Positions 35,001-48,759 of a stretch of 64,000 nucleotides of DNA are shown here, one piece after another (position 1 is the first letter of the stretch; each line of letters starts with the position of its first letter). The DNA comes from Geosiphon pyriformis uo1. Its lineage: Eukaryota; Fungi; Glomeromycota. The notes below the pieces were generated by a model. It had not been told where the DNA came from. It ran no database searches and saw only the letters and a program-made list of their open reading frames with translations. The stretch lies in contig JAAOMT010000777.1 in assembly GCA_016748015.1 (NCBI GenBank), positions 477,393 to 541,392 on the forward strand, read 5' to 3'. Both the position numbers and the translations under genes were made by a program.

Positions 35001-38000
35001 CATCTGGATTCTGCGACTTCAGTCGTGCACTGTGACATTCAATAATAAAGTTAATATGTATTCAAAAAATAATAAAATTGAAATATAAGAGGGAAGTTTA
35101 ATACTTTTGCTTTGATTGTGACAATTTATAAATATAATCACGCATCGCCGCCAAAATTTCTTCGTCTTCACTCGTCATCCCGAGGGTTCGCAACTTTACT
35201 AAAGCCTGTTCATCTCTAAAATCAGAAAATCAAAGAGATTTCGACTTAGGGATTAAATTTGAGTCAAATTAAAGCCGCAATACAAAAGAACTGCTAATAA
35301 CATAAAGCGAGGCATTCATACTCCTCGGAGGTCATCACTTTTTCTACGTTGATTGCTAATGAAGAAGATTTCCGTGATAACATAGCAATGGCAGTCACGG
35401 CTCCGGACGAAATAGTGGCGGCGGACTTGTTACTCTTTCGCTCTTTAGCTTGTTTCCAGAATAAGGACTTATTTGTCGCTTTACCAGCCCATAAAAGGGT
35501 TGCTTCAAACACGGATCGAGACAACTAAGTGGCAAAATATGGAAAAATATGAGCGGCACTAATTGATAATGTTCACAAACTCTGAAATGATGTGATAGAA
35601 AAGTTAATGCAAGAAGATCTAAAACTTCTCAAGAGAATATTGTCAAATATTTATATGAAAATACCGGATCTTTAAGATTCTCCAGCAATTGGATCTCTGA
35701 GATATCTACAACGTCCGCTCGCAAAAAGGGTCTAACTATGGGGTACACAATACACCATACATCTGTCAATGGCAACAATTTGGATGCCGATGATATGAAA
35801 GCTATCGCACCTAATATATATTTCAAAAAAGTATGAATATTGTCGATAGTTGGAGCAATATTTAAGTGTAAAGGCATACCATAACGTATCCATATACCGG
35901 GATGGCAAAGTAATGAAGATATTATCCCTACTAATTCCCAAATCTTCATTTTTTGAAATAATCCTAGCTCAGCGAGGCTTGTAAGTGAATTGAGTACCTT
36001 TTCGACCACAAACTCTTCAAAATCTATATTGAAGTTTTTTACGATAAACACAATTTTTCAATAAGGTGAAAGTCTTAAAAGTATCATAACAATAATACCT
36101 GAAAGCGATTGAATCATCAATGGCAAAATGTATTCTTCCAAACTGCGTCCTCCAACAAAAGTCCCCACCCCAATAATACTTTCGAAAAAAGCGCTGTCCA
36201 TAAAATGAAAAAATTTGTCAAGTTTAATCAGGATTTAATACCATTGGTTGTCATGCACATACCATCTTAGCATCCAATCTCGGTCATTTAAATAAGTTAT
36301 CATATGACTTAATAGAACATCATTAGCCTTCTGGCGTCCAAAGAAAATACAAAGACGTGTGATGTTTGGAAGTAAAGCACGTTTGACAGCACTGTCGAGG
36401 TCGATCAAAAGTGTAATCACTTGTTCTTGAATTATGGATTGTAGCTCGTGAAGATTTGTATCGTAAGATGCCTTGAGAAAATAAAAATTTTATTTTGTAG
36501 ATTTTAATTTACTCCAAGATAATTTTGATGGAGGTGTTTTACCTCGTAAGATCCTTCAAAATCACTATCCGTGTCCAACGACGTCAAGACACCCTGTGAT
36601 TTGAAGCCCTAGGAAAAAAACAAGAGAAATAGTAAGCAAGATAAAAATGTAAATGAGAACAAACGGAAATTAGGTTTAATATTCGTATTGAATTGTAAAA
36701 ACCTGGGTCAATTCTAAAAATTTCAAGGCAGACTCAGCTAAAGTGGAGATACACTGGGCATAAGTCATTCGCACAAGTATCTCAGGATCGCGGGCAAATC
36801 TACGGAGTTTTGGGAGTATATATTCAGGGAAAATTGTGGCGTTTGAAGGTGTTATCTTTTCTACCATGGACAGCTTTGGGAAAATGAGGTTAGGAAAGAA
36901 TTAACAAATTTTAGATTGATCAATTCATTTTTACAGTGTATATTACCAGGAGGGTAAGTGTTTTAACGGTATTTGCTCGAACCAGGCCGTGTTCATCGCC
37001 AAGAAGTGCAATAAGGTAGGGAACCAAACGATCCAACTTAAATTCATCCTCAAGATGCTGTCCGATAGCGAGTAACATGTCCAACGCGTGGAGTTTTGAA
37101 ATAGGGTAGGCTGTGTTTCTTATCGTAGCACAAATCAAACTTAGAAAAATGAGGGCACCACCGTCTTTTGTTTGGGGAAAGGGAAAGTTAACATGAATGA
37201 AAACATAATAAAAATCACGAATACAAGAAGTGGTTTCTTTAGCTCACCAGCAGCTTTTTGTGTTAATCTGTTCCCGGATCTGAGCCTTGGGTCGTAATTT
37301 GGAATGTAGATTTGATCTGCTACAGAGTTCTTTAGAATAAATTTATGTTAACATAGTGAATATGTAAGTTCTAAATAAAAAATATTGCTTAATGATACAA
37401 GTTAGTTACCGTTAAATTGGAACAAGGTTTTTCTTCGATTTGAATCGAAGAAGTATGAATTTCAATTCAAGATTGTAGATCTCAGAAGATATTCTAGCAG
37501 TTAGGATTGAAATACCATTATATGTCCTTGAAGAAAGTTCACCGACTTTTCCATCACGGCCACCAATAAGTTCAAGTCCTCGGTCTGAACCGTCTTCATT
37601 GATACTGTTTTCATCATGATTCACTTCGTCGGGCGTGCTATCAGTATAAAATCCGAGAAAGAAGGCAATTTTATCAAAGTCATGATACACCCGTTCAATT
37701 TTATCATCCGCGTCCGTATTAATAATGGCGTTTGGAACAGTGCTTGGGTCTTTGATATGACTAACAGAGGTGTTAGAATTACTTCTAGGAAAATGATTTT
37801 GTTCAGTGACAGAGCCAATGTATTGGTGAAGAAAAGTGTAAAAATAGGTTGGAAATGCAGTTCCTCTCCTAAAATCATCTTCTGGTTAATATATCAAACC
37901 AATTCTTTTTAATCCTACTGCAATAAGTTATGAATGCACCCTCACCAATCATTTAAATATTGTTCAGCCGTATTTCGCTTAGAAGGATCTAAACTTATCA

Positions 38001-39817
38001 TGTGCTTAACAAGTTGCTTAATCATAAAAGTTGCAGGTTTTTAGAAATTTTTTTTGTAAAAACAATATCAATAAATTTGCCTAAAAAGTTACCCGTATGT
38101 CTGCATCTTCTACTTTATCTAAGTCAGGGCTTGGATCATATTCCCCACTTCTATACTTGAAAAGCTGTGATAGCGAGAAAATTGGTGTACCTTCCAAAAA
38201 TAATTCTGCTATCACACAGCTAGGGATAGCAATCAAAGAGTAATTTATTTGGAATTTTATATTTGAATGTGGACATTGATGAAGAGGGTATTATTAAGAA
38301 ATGAAAAATGATTATCATCGAAGAAAATATAAAAGGGCTCATACCATACCCCAATGAAAAAATATCCATTGCCGGAGTTATCGCACCATCTTTTTCACCA
38401 AACTCAAGTTCGCCCTTTGAAGACATTATGCAGACAAAAAATATTTAATTTAGGATAAGCTTAATGAAATGATCTACAAATGTGTACTTTGTCGCGATCA
38501 AGTACCGCCTTACAAACCTTTCTTCTAGCGATTTCGCTATTAGGTTTATAAAATCTTTCAGGAGCCAAATAACAGGTACGTCGCATTGAAGTATCAAAGA
38601 AAAAAGAAAAATCGGCTGGGTTGTCCTAGAGTAGAAACCTCAATATTATTTTAAAGAAAATAATGAATTAATCAATCTGGGTAAAATAGGATAAAAGAGC
38701 CGACCTCGGGTAAATACGTGGGCTTATATCCAGCAAAATCGGCTAAATAAACCCAATTCCATGAAGTTACAAGTACGTTTTCTGTTTTTATATCGCCGTG
38801 ATAAATCTAAAAAAAATAAGTGATTATTTGAAAAAATGATGAAAAGAAATTTCCACCATCTATATTCTCGGGCAATTTACCCCACGGGTATGGGCATCAT
38901 GTACACCACATAAAATTTGATATGTGATCCACCTTTTCTCGATCAGATTAAGAAAAGGTCGCGTGCTATAATGCAATAAAAACACGCGTTTAGTATGGAA
39001 ACCATATTGGGTGTATGATACAATGTGAATTATCACGGACTTTCCCTAATCGCACCTTATTCTATCGTAGAGACTACTGAAAAAGTACTGTCTTATCAAG
39101 TACCCAGCCTTTTCGGTTTCGAGAATGCGTTGGTAGGCAAAGGCGTTTGGCACTTCAGATAAAGCCTCCCTTTCTTCTGTTGTATTTTTAGAGAGAAAGA
39201 TGAAAAACCAAAAGCGAAAGGAAAAGTATTTATAATTGGAATTTATTCAAACAACGAAATGATTTCATTCAATATTTTTAGTTAACAATTATAAATTTAT
39301 TTTAATATCAAAATAATAGAGAAAAAATCGGTTCAACTAGATTTTCTCAGTAACCTTAATTTTGCAACACACTTCCACAAATACGACACCACCAATAAAG
39401 ATAACCAACCTTCAAGTGATTTGACAATGCTTGAAAGCGATAATTCAGGCTCGGGTTTGATAAAAATTTTTACCACCACAGCGCCTTCTTTATGGCGCCC
39501 ACGAATTGTCTTCATAAAACGAGCACTGCTCAAACTGTTGTTTTTGTTTTACATGGTAATCATGTTATTGGTTTTTAACAGTAGTAAATAAATGAATATT
39601 TTTTACAAATGAAAATGATAGAACCGTTTAAAATATGAATGCATTATAAAAAAGTGAATTGATGATTTCTATAAAAGCCAACCCCTCGAATACTGCCTAA
39701 TCCTGCCGATTTACCCAACTACCTCTTCTCATACTGAATGTCCCCAAGTTCACTAACATAGCTGTCGATACCCGCAGTGGCTATCGAAGCAGCTGTGCTC
39801 GAAATATTGTTTCCCAT
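32027..39817 (-). CDS. VPS15: Vps15/PIK3R4 (protein kinase-like domain, HEAT repeats, WD40), multi-exon
   Basis: Start [23 protein letters not shown] (myristoylation Gly2), [73 protein letters not shown]40 exons, end ...[23 protein letters not shown]. About 30 short introns; not all exon boundaries resolved. Confidence 0.96.
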
Positions 39818-40178
39818 GAGTCGTAGAAAAAGTAACAGAGAGGTGTTGGTGGGGTCGATCGTTTATAAAAAATTGGCTCCAGCTAATTCAGCAAGTATTT
39901 ATGTAAGTGATCAGTAGGCGATCACTGCATAACCAGTAATACAGAATGATAGAGTGAATGAATGAATAAATAAATAAATTAATAAAAGAATGACGATAAT
40001 TTTTATTTCTTTGTTAAATACTTTGAAATACTAGCAAGTTTATATTTCATAATCTCTCAAGATTAACAGCTATTTTACTAAAAACGAAATAGGAACTCGG
40101 TTAGAATATTATTTTTAATTTGTAACTATTTATAATGTTCTTCATCAAGAAATATTTTCAACACGTCAAAACTTGGTT

Positions 40179-41056
40179 TTACTCGGCCTTTGCTATCACC
40201 TCAAGCAAGACTTTTGAAGCATCAGTCGGAACTTCAACTTTGCCTGTCAAGATTTCTTCGGCCGAAACTTGTTTTCCATAAAAGTTTTTATTCGCATCTT
40301 TTCTTTCAATGAGAATTGTTCCTTCAACCGAGACACCGGCAAATAAGCCTTTAGATTTGCTGTATGAGTATAAAGCTACTGGAGCTTGTGCCACTGTACC
40401 GTAAACTTCACCTCCGAGACCAACTGGACCGGCAGAAACTGAAAGATTTCCACCAAGAGTAAGATTTTCACCCCTGCTGAATGCCTTAACAGCTTCAGGT
40501 GTATTCAAAATGACCACATAGTCGGTGACATCCGCTCCAACTTGCATACCAAAGCCTAATCCGCCAATACTGATGCACGATGGTGACGACCATCTATCTT
40601 CAAGACGTGCTACCACTAACCCAGAACCAAGGCGTCCTGACCAGAAAAAACCGGCCTTAAGGACGGTGAATATTGCTAACCCTTTAGCTTTTTGAATTAT
40701 TTCCTTTGGAATGTTTTTACCATCGTTTTTTTCAGGATCTTTTGAGAAATTACAAGGGAGATAAAAAATTAATTATTGGAATTTTGAATATTTAGGTTGT
40801 ATAAGTTTGAATGAACATGATGCAATCGAAAATCGTGAAAATATTCACAAAACTATCCTTGTTAATACTTACCGGTGAATGTACTCAAAATATTTGCTGC
40901 TTTATGGACTTCACTGGGAAAATCTGAGGGTAAAGGAGAATTTACATTATTTTCTTGTGCCGATCTTTGAATTTCATTTCCAGCCACAGTAGCGAGACGT
41001 GTAGCTTGACCAACACCGGCTTGGATACTCGATTTGATTTGATTAATTGCTTGCAT
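40179..41056 (-). CDS. SYLF/Ysc84 actin- and lipid-binding domain protein (LSB3/YSC84/SH3YL1 family) without SH3; exons 41056-40873, 40738-40179
   Basis: NSPLPSDFPSEVHKAANIL..IPKEIIQKAKGLAIFTVLKAGFFWSGRLGSGLVVARL..GGLGFGMQVGA..YSKSKGLFAGVSVEG; canonical GTAAGT...AG intron. Confidence 0.92.
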
Positions 41057-42321
41057 TGTTGATAGAAATTTTCAAAAAATGTGGTTTGAAGATTAAAAGT
41101 AATTATGATGTAAAAAATTTATTAAACTTTTAATTTTTGAAAGAAAAATTTTATTTCTTTTATTAAAGAGTTGCAAGGTGTTTATTTATATACTCTAAAT
41201 GCCAAGCAACTCGTCTTGGACAAGCTCTGATCCCACATGTCAAAATATACAAACCTCCTTCGTTTCACATTAGGTTTCACACAATCTTACGCAATTTTCA
41301 CGGACTTTTACTATAACCTCGGTTTTCGACCAAATATCACATTCTTTCAGAAGTTTGAAATGGTCATCGTAATTAAGGATCATTATGCGGTAATGTTATG
41401 ATGGAATTAATTTATGTATTATGCGAAGTTATTTAATATATGCTATAGCATAAACTACTTCATGATGATACGAGACAATCGGATTTTTCCTATGTCGATG
41501 AGATCATATTATAACAAAAATATCCAACACTCAATATTTGTTTTATTCATTTATTTTCATGGCATTTGAAAACATCATGGTTATTTAGGGCACAAAGATA
41601 ATTATAATTAAATAAGAATTTCCGATGATCACTATTTTTTTGAATTTCAGATTAAAATTATTTTATCGGGATCTATCGACTAAATCTCCCGCGTGTGATT
41701 CAATCAAAACAGAGAAGGGATGCATCCATAAAACTTTCATTTCGCTGATCGGGATAATTACTCCTAAATAAATCATTCTCTATTAAACATTGGAAATTTG
41801 GCGGTCAACTAAACAACCAGCCAAACCTAAATTTTTAATTTTGATAATTTAAAATAATCAAGTTTAAAACTTTTGACTTAATTTAATACTCAAAAATATT
41901 TTTTAAAAACTTATTATTCTTTTCTAACTTTAATGGTTATGTATTTTTTGTGTCCTAAATTACAAATTTTGCCCCAAATCAAATTATATATATCATTCTT
42001 CTAAAATTAATTCTAATTTTAACCTTAATTTTAGCCATATTCCTATATAATTTAACCCAACATATTCATTACAATATTAAAATTAAAAAATATATATATA
42101 TATATTGTATTACATATTATTTTTATTAAAGATTCAAAGAAAAAATATTAAAAAATCAAAAATTGAGTTTTTTTGTGTAGCATTTTTGAATTACCTTTTT
42201 TGACAAAATTAAAAATCATAGGTATGCTCCCGTGTAACGTCTATTTATCCTACAAGAACAGCTGATTAAATAACTATTCGCTAATAATTTTCATATTTTA
42301 CGCGTAAACTTCTTTCTAAAA

Positions 42322-45163
42322 ATGAACGTTACGATTAAAGAAGAAGGAATTACGGTTAATGACTACGACGAAGTTAAGGTTTATCCTGATAATACAACCC
42401 GCGCAGTTGAAGAAGATGGGAGGGTCAACTATTATCGACTAATACAACGTGACGAGCCAAAAGATCAGCTTTGGCGCAAAAAACTCGGAGCAGCACTTGC
42501 GGTCGTAATAGCTGAAATCACAGGCCAAACTGTTGGTTAGTGATCAAGTCTCTGGTTATTACTTATTTTGCTTCAGCTTTTATTAATTCCATCGTTTTTG
42601 AGTTTAGAGACACCCATATTAAGTAAATTCCCCGGAGAATATAAATTATATGAACACCAGACTAGGAAAAATCCTACAGACTCGCTTCGTACAGATTCCT
42701 ATCTCTATGGTAATTAACTTTATGAATTCTTTTATAGTTGGAAAAGTATTAAATGCTATTCCTCCTTAAGGCAGTACACGTTTCAGGTCCCCCAAAGAAT
42801 TTGAGCCTCACCTCATCTGGTTAGCTAAATCTCGACAAAGTCCTTGTGAGTGCAAATATTGCACTGGTGCTAAAACAGTACCCAAAGGTGTCACTGTTAC
42901 AGCGGGTGGTTCAAAGAATACACCAAGCACCTCCCTTGCTACCACAAAAAAAGAAAATGATCAAGTCAACATTAAGAACCCAATTTTTAGGCGTGGTGAG
43001 CTTGTCTGGGTCGATATACGTTCTCTTAGTGACCCCAATTTATGTTCTTTGGCCTCCTTGTTGACAGATAATTCTGGCAAAGAATTTCAACTACAATATT
43101 GGCCATCAGTCGTACATTTACGAAAAGAATCATTCATAGCCGGTAAAAATGGAAGCTTTAAGTCTTATGATCATCTTTTCGTTGTAAGACTCATTGGGTT
43201 GTCCAGAGATGAACAAGTCAATTCGGCTTCTCTTCGACCCTGGCTTTCTCATAAACCACGATTTCAAACCAACATTTTTGATCAAACCACAAACATTAAT
43301 AGAATTCAAAATCATCCACATTCAATCTTGCTCGCTCGTCATTATTTTGATGCCTATGATCGAGCTCTCGAAAAAGTGAGATTAATTGTGTATACATATT
43401 GCCCTATGAAAGATTACAGATACAAAGAGCCTCCGGAACGCTTAGAGACTCTTGAGAAATCAGAGCGGAAGCGTCTTGAAGAACTCGGTACATGCCCTCA
43501 TTTTCACGAGATCGCATTTGGAGCAGAACGAATTATTGAAAGAGATATGCTCCGATTATTACCCAAAACATCATTTTCACCGATGGAGGGCAGCTCTACA
43601 ATGGCCAAGAGGAAATCTCCTTCAAAAGACAATTTCTTCCGAGTAGCAACTATACATAGGCACCCCACCAAAGGTGTCCAATTTACTGGGGACATTTTTG
43701 AATTGAAAGGGTCTATATCTAATGTACAAAAACCCAAGACATTGGAGGATTTTGAATGGGAAATGATGAATACTCCAGAGGAAGAATATACAGTTGATTT
43801 GGGAGATATTGCAGGTCGTTTTTATGCAGAATGGCCTGATTTAGAGGCATCGATGCATGTGAGAAAATTTAAAGCTGAAGGTGAAAGGTTAGCGTTGCTT
43901 GATAAAGATGCGCCGCCGATTATTGAAGAAGAAAAAGAAGCTAGTCTATTAATGGAAAGTCGGTCTATTCCATCAAATAAAACCGGCTCTCAATACGAAC
44001 TTTCCCATAACCATGAAGAACTTCAAGAGCAGAAACGTTTTTTGGTGTCCACTTCTGCCAACAAAAACAAACAGAAAAAACTAAAACTTTCTCATTCTGG
44101 CCAAGATATATCTCCTTCCTTAGAATTATCGAGGAGTCATGGTGAAAGAATGCCCATTTCAACAAAAACTTCCGAAAATCATAGGGCTTATAGAAAATCT
44201 TCACACTCGGCCCTTGTATCACTCCCTTCATCATCTACAAATACTCATAGGAATGGTAGCTGGCGTGGTAAACTTGTTTGGCCTTTAATTGGAACTTCAT
44301 TAGCCGGTGTCCCAGGTTTTATTTTTCAAAATAATCCTGAAGGGATCCAAGCACATGTGTATTGTGGTCCCATTAATTCATTATCAAGGTAGGTTTTATA
44401 TCTTTTAATATAGCTTTAAAACTTTAAAAAAAATCCCATATTCAATCTTTAGAGACATATTCAACCATTTCCCGCTTTCCTTGGTTATATCCGGTATCAC
44501 ACAGCCAAATATATTTCAAAATTTCAGAAATAATCCTTCTGGTGGTGAACTTGTTTGCTTTGTTCCTGATATTAACTATCTAAATGGATCGAACCAGGAA
44601 AACTTTAATACCTTGGCTTGCACTTTAAAGAACCACCAAATCGTAAGTTCATTTTTAATGACTGGAATAAAGGAATAATAAGTTAAGAAAGCGAGTTTTT
44701 TTTGATTTTAAATTAGGCGGCATTTGTCGATGACGAATATCATGGGGTCAACATCCTACTGATATCAGAAGATGGTAAAACGATAACTGGCCTCTGTTAT
44801 TTAAAAAAACCAGTCCAATCAACGGCTTCATCTTCATCGCGATCTTTGGGGTCAAGTCAACAGATTCAAAATCCTTTGAAATGTATTGACTTGACAACCA
44901 AACAAAAAACTATAATTGATGTTCACACCCTACCTGATATTTCCAATCTCATGAGAACCATTGGAGAAAGGTTTAATGTTTCTTTAGACAACAAAACTTG
45001 TCAGCAAGTAAGATTGAGATTTGTCGACCACCAAAAAGAAGCTTGGTACGTAATTGACCAGGGAAGTCCTATTCCAGTCACTCCTCTTGGATCTAAAGAC
45101 CATTATACCAAGTCGATCAAGGACATTCAAGAAAAAGCAATGACGCTAATGGTAACATTATAG
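42322..45163 (+). CDS. Clr2-like transcriptional silencing protein with C-terminal extension; exons 42322-42535, 42608-42709, 42771-44388, 44453-44642, 44717-45163
   Basis: Spliced product has Clr2 hallmarks: WRKKLG, RTDSYLYG.STRFRSPKEFEPHLIWL..CECKYC, FRRGELVW, GAERI..RDMLRL, IAGRFY. All introns are GT-AG and keep frame. Confidence 0.85.
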
Positions 45164-45829
45164 TTCCAGTTTTCAGCCATTAATAATCAAATTAGATAGT
45201 AACTAGTGAGAATATAATCTAGAAATGTTTTTACATGTTTGTTAATATTATAAAAAAACAGGTAATTTTATTATATATGTTGTTTTTTTGTAATTGTTAA
45301 AATATTTCCAAAATGTTGATCACGTTTACCGTATTTCGGATTTTTTGGGAGTTTCGTACTTATAAATTAAACCATTTTCAAAAATAAAATAAAGATTACT
45401 TTTAAATTCCACATTACAGGAATACCATTGTATAATTGAAAGCAATTAAAATCGTCCAAATTCAAATAAAAGACTTCATAGGTTCATAAATTATTACTGT
45501 ACATCGAATTGTGGCTAATGATGACTAATGGTTGTGTTGCTAATTTCGTTTATTTTATTGTTTTTGGTTTACAAATATTAATTCTCTGTACTTACAAACG
45601 CATCTTACGTTCGAAAAAAACGTGTTAGCACATCCTTTCTGCCCACCAAACTTGAAGTCTCTTTCAGAACCTTCCGTCCCTGGCATACTCAAGGAAGAGT
45701 AAGTGCTATACAAACTTTGGGTGGTGTTCCTCTTTATAATGTAGAAAATTTTCTCTCTACTGCTAAAATCTATCGAAATTAATTTCAAGAGATTCAGCCT
45801 CAAAACCCTATGTTAAAGAACAATCATAA

Positions 45830-46406
45830 AAGTATATTTTTATAAAACATTGTGTATATAAAAATAATATTTTGCATAAAATAAAAGTAAAAATAATATT
45901 TAAAATTTAAAAAAATAAATAAAATATTTTAAATGATTTATTTGTTGTTTTCATATTGATACAAATTTGTTTACAATATAAAGTTTACTATTTTTTATGT
46001 TGTTATTACTAATACTTAATTGTTATATTTTTATAATTATAACCAAAGCAAAAATAAATCTTATTTGTTTTATAGTTTTTTTCAATATTATTATTTTAGA
46101 AATTTTTTTTACAATAAAACAACAAAACAGTATTTTATTAAAGTTTTTTTTTAAATAATAAAAATACAAAACAGTTTTTACTGTTAATAAAACACAATTT
46201 TAATATAATTATTATTATTTGCTTGGCTGTTTAAAAACAATTCAACAATACTATTAATTAAAACAATATTTACAACCAATTGTATAAAGCTTCATTATAA
46301 TAAAAAATAGCAAATTAATAATCTTAACACTTAAACCAATATTTATATTAAAAAAATAAGTTATAATATTACTTATAACTTTAAATATACTAAAGCTATT
46401 CAGCAA
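45830..46406. other. Extremely AT-rich tract
   Basis: G/C nearly absent; borders the gene island. Confidence 0.55.
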
Positions 46407-48750
46407 TTTTTTTTTTTTTTTTACTATTTTAACAAAGTGTGCCTAAACACTATCTAATACACTGCACCACTATGAAATTACAAATTAGATGTGTCTCACA
46501 CTCTTTCTACATGTAACCAACCACCTGAGTCAGTCAAAGTACCAATTAAACTGAATTAAAAGAAGCTGGAAGGAAACCCAGCTTACCAAGTCTCTTAATA
46601 ATATCATTCAAATTTCTAGAATTAAAAATAAACTTATTAAAAAACAATCTAGTTTTTTTACTGCTATTTTTAACTTTAGGACCACACATTTACCACAAAG
46701 CAACTGCATGGTTAATTGTATCATCACTCAATAGAGAAGTCTTGGCAGCACCAATATTATCATCATCAAGATCACCAAACTTCACCTCAGCCTTAAGACT
46801 GGCAAAATTCTTAAACACACTAACCAAAAGATCAGCAAAGCCCTTGAAGACATTATACATAGTCAAGAAATCTTTCTCAACTTTTAGAGTCTTGACAGTA
46901 TTATCATTCAAAAGAGTAGTAACCAAAGAACCAATTGGCTCAATAACAAACTTAACCAAAGCAGTCAAATCCAAAATCTGTTTTTTCATAGAATTCAATC
47001 TAAGCTCAACAGCAGAGTCAGCAATGGAAGCAGCAAAGAATGCAGCAAGTGAAGAAGCCAGCAGATCAAAAGCCACTAAAGGAAAAAATCCAGAAACATT
47101 TAGAGAGACAGAAACTTTAGCATAAAAAACATTACTCACAACATGTAGGTTGAATACTTTGGGAGTCTTAAGAGGAGAAGGCAAGGACATTTTACAATCA
47201 ACAGCCAGATAGCCAGTCCCTTGGCACCTAAAACAGTGCTTACAACCAGGAGTTTTCCACCAGATACGGCACTTTTTTAGTATACCAGTTTTGATAATAG
47301 CAAAATTCAAATCAGCTTGAAAGCCAAATGTGACCAAAGCAAAGTGGAAACAATAATCAGAATCAGGAAACCAAGGAATAAAACAAGTCTGACCACCAAC
47401 TTGAGAAATCATATCACTGATTTCAAAAGCAGTGCAACCAGAAGGAAGGTTAACCAACTTGGCCTTAAACTTATTATGAGACACAATTGTTTCTTGTTGA
47501 TTTATAAAAGGAAGAATCCGAACACTATCTTTGCTTACCAAAACTGACCAGTAATTAAGAGCAAATGTAACAGCAACCAAATTCTCAAAATGAATCACTA
47601 CATATTGCCAAATGTCAGCAGACTTTAGCACAACACAAGTAACCATACCAAAAACACTTAAAGCTGTCTTAATGTCAGCAGCAGATACACCCAAGAGCAT
47701 ATTATATAGCGCAACAACAACAGAAGGGAAATCAGACTCAGAAACTACCAAAGACTTGGCAATTTTGAGAATGGCCAAATATACAAAGCTTGTAAGCTCA
47801 ACCAAAGATGCAACTTTCAAAGACACTTAAGAAGCAAACTCCACACAAAACAGCTTCATATTGTCTTTTAATACTGACTTTGCACCCAAGAATTCATGTA
47901 CTGACTGAAAAACAGTCTTAACATAAGCCAATTTGATCTTAAAAGTAGCACCAGGCACCAGAGTAGAGGCCACCCACCTAGCAAACCTTTAATAACTAGC
48001 AATAGTTTTCTAAGCACCACTAGAAGTAGCACCAGAAACTAGAAGAGAAGATAATTCAGTTTCCATTTGATCAGTCCAGTTCTCAAGAACAGGTAACCTA
48101 ACAGGAAGAGATTGTTTTGCTTTTAAAACTGGTAAAGATCTACTAAAAGACACCACATTTGGCAACACAGCCAGTAGTTGATCTTGGCCCATCTTGGACA
48201 ATGTGTCTGATGATGCTATAGAAATCTCATCCAAGATTTCATTGGAAACCACAAAAGGGTTTGGTGTAACAATAGCAGAGGTAAGCAACTGCTCCTACTT
48301 TTCTGAACTTTTGGTCTTTTTGACCATTTTCTTTAAAGAGGAGATGCTAGAAGCACCAAATATTGAAGCTATAGAGAAGAATACTAGCTTATTTACTAGT
48401 TTATTATTAAAAATTTTTGGGCTCTTTGAAGAGGTTGAGGCAATATTGGGACTAACCCAAGTGTGTCTCTTTAAGGGAACTTTGACTGGTGATAAACCAG
48501 CTAAAGATGAGAAAGTTGCTTTAGTGGCTACCAAAGATAACTTTTCACAATTACTGAATAAAGGGAAGGCTTCTAAAACGTTTTGCCTAGTTGCTTCTAC
48601 AACAAAGAGAGCTTCTCTGGTTGAAATTTTATTAGATATTTCAGGACAGATATTAGATGCAGCTTTTTTACTCTTTGCTCTGGTTATGGTCATAAAATTA
48701 AGAAGACAAAAAGTTAGCAATTTATTTATATAAACAGAAATATATAACAA
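46407..48750 (-). mobile_element. ORF1-only non-autonomous LINE derivative (HAL1-like)
   Basis: One reading frame 48693-46546 (~716 codons, a few stops) with RRM-like repeats, knuckle CFRCQGTGYLAVDC and a coiled coil. It is followed by a ~125-bp 3' UTR and a 16-nt poly(A) (T run at 46407-46422), with no EN/RT. Confidence 0.8.
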
Positions 48751-48759
48751 ATTATAAAA

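Noticed and set aside
32027-39817. Minor (U12) introns in VPS15
   Set aside because: The donor sites I inspected lack the RTATCCTT consensus; not every intron was checked.
45555-45803. 82-aa ORF or possible ncRNA in CpG-retaining DNA after the Clr2-like gene
   Set aside because: No recognisable protein motif, tRNA cloverleaf or snRNA signature.
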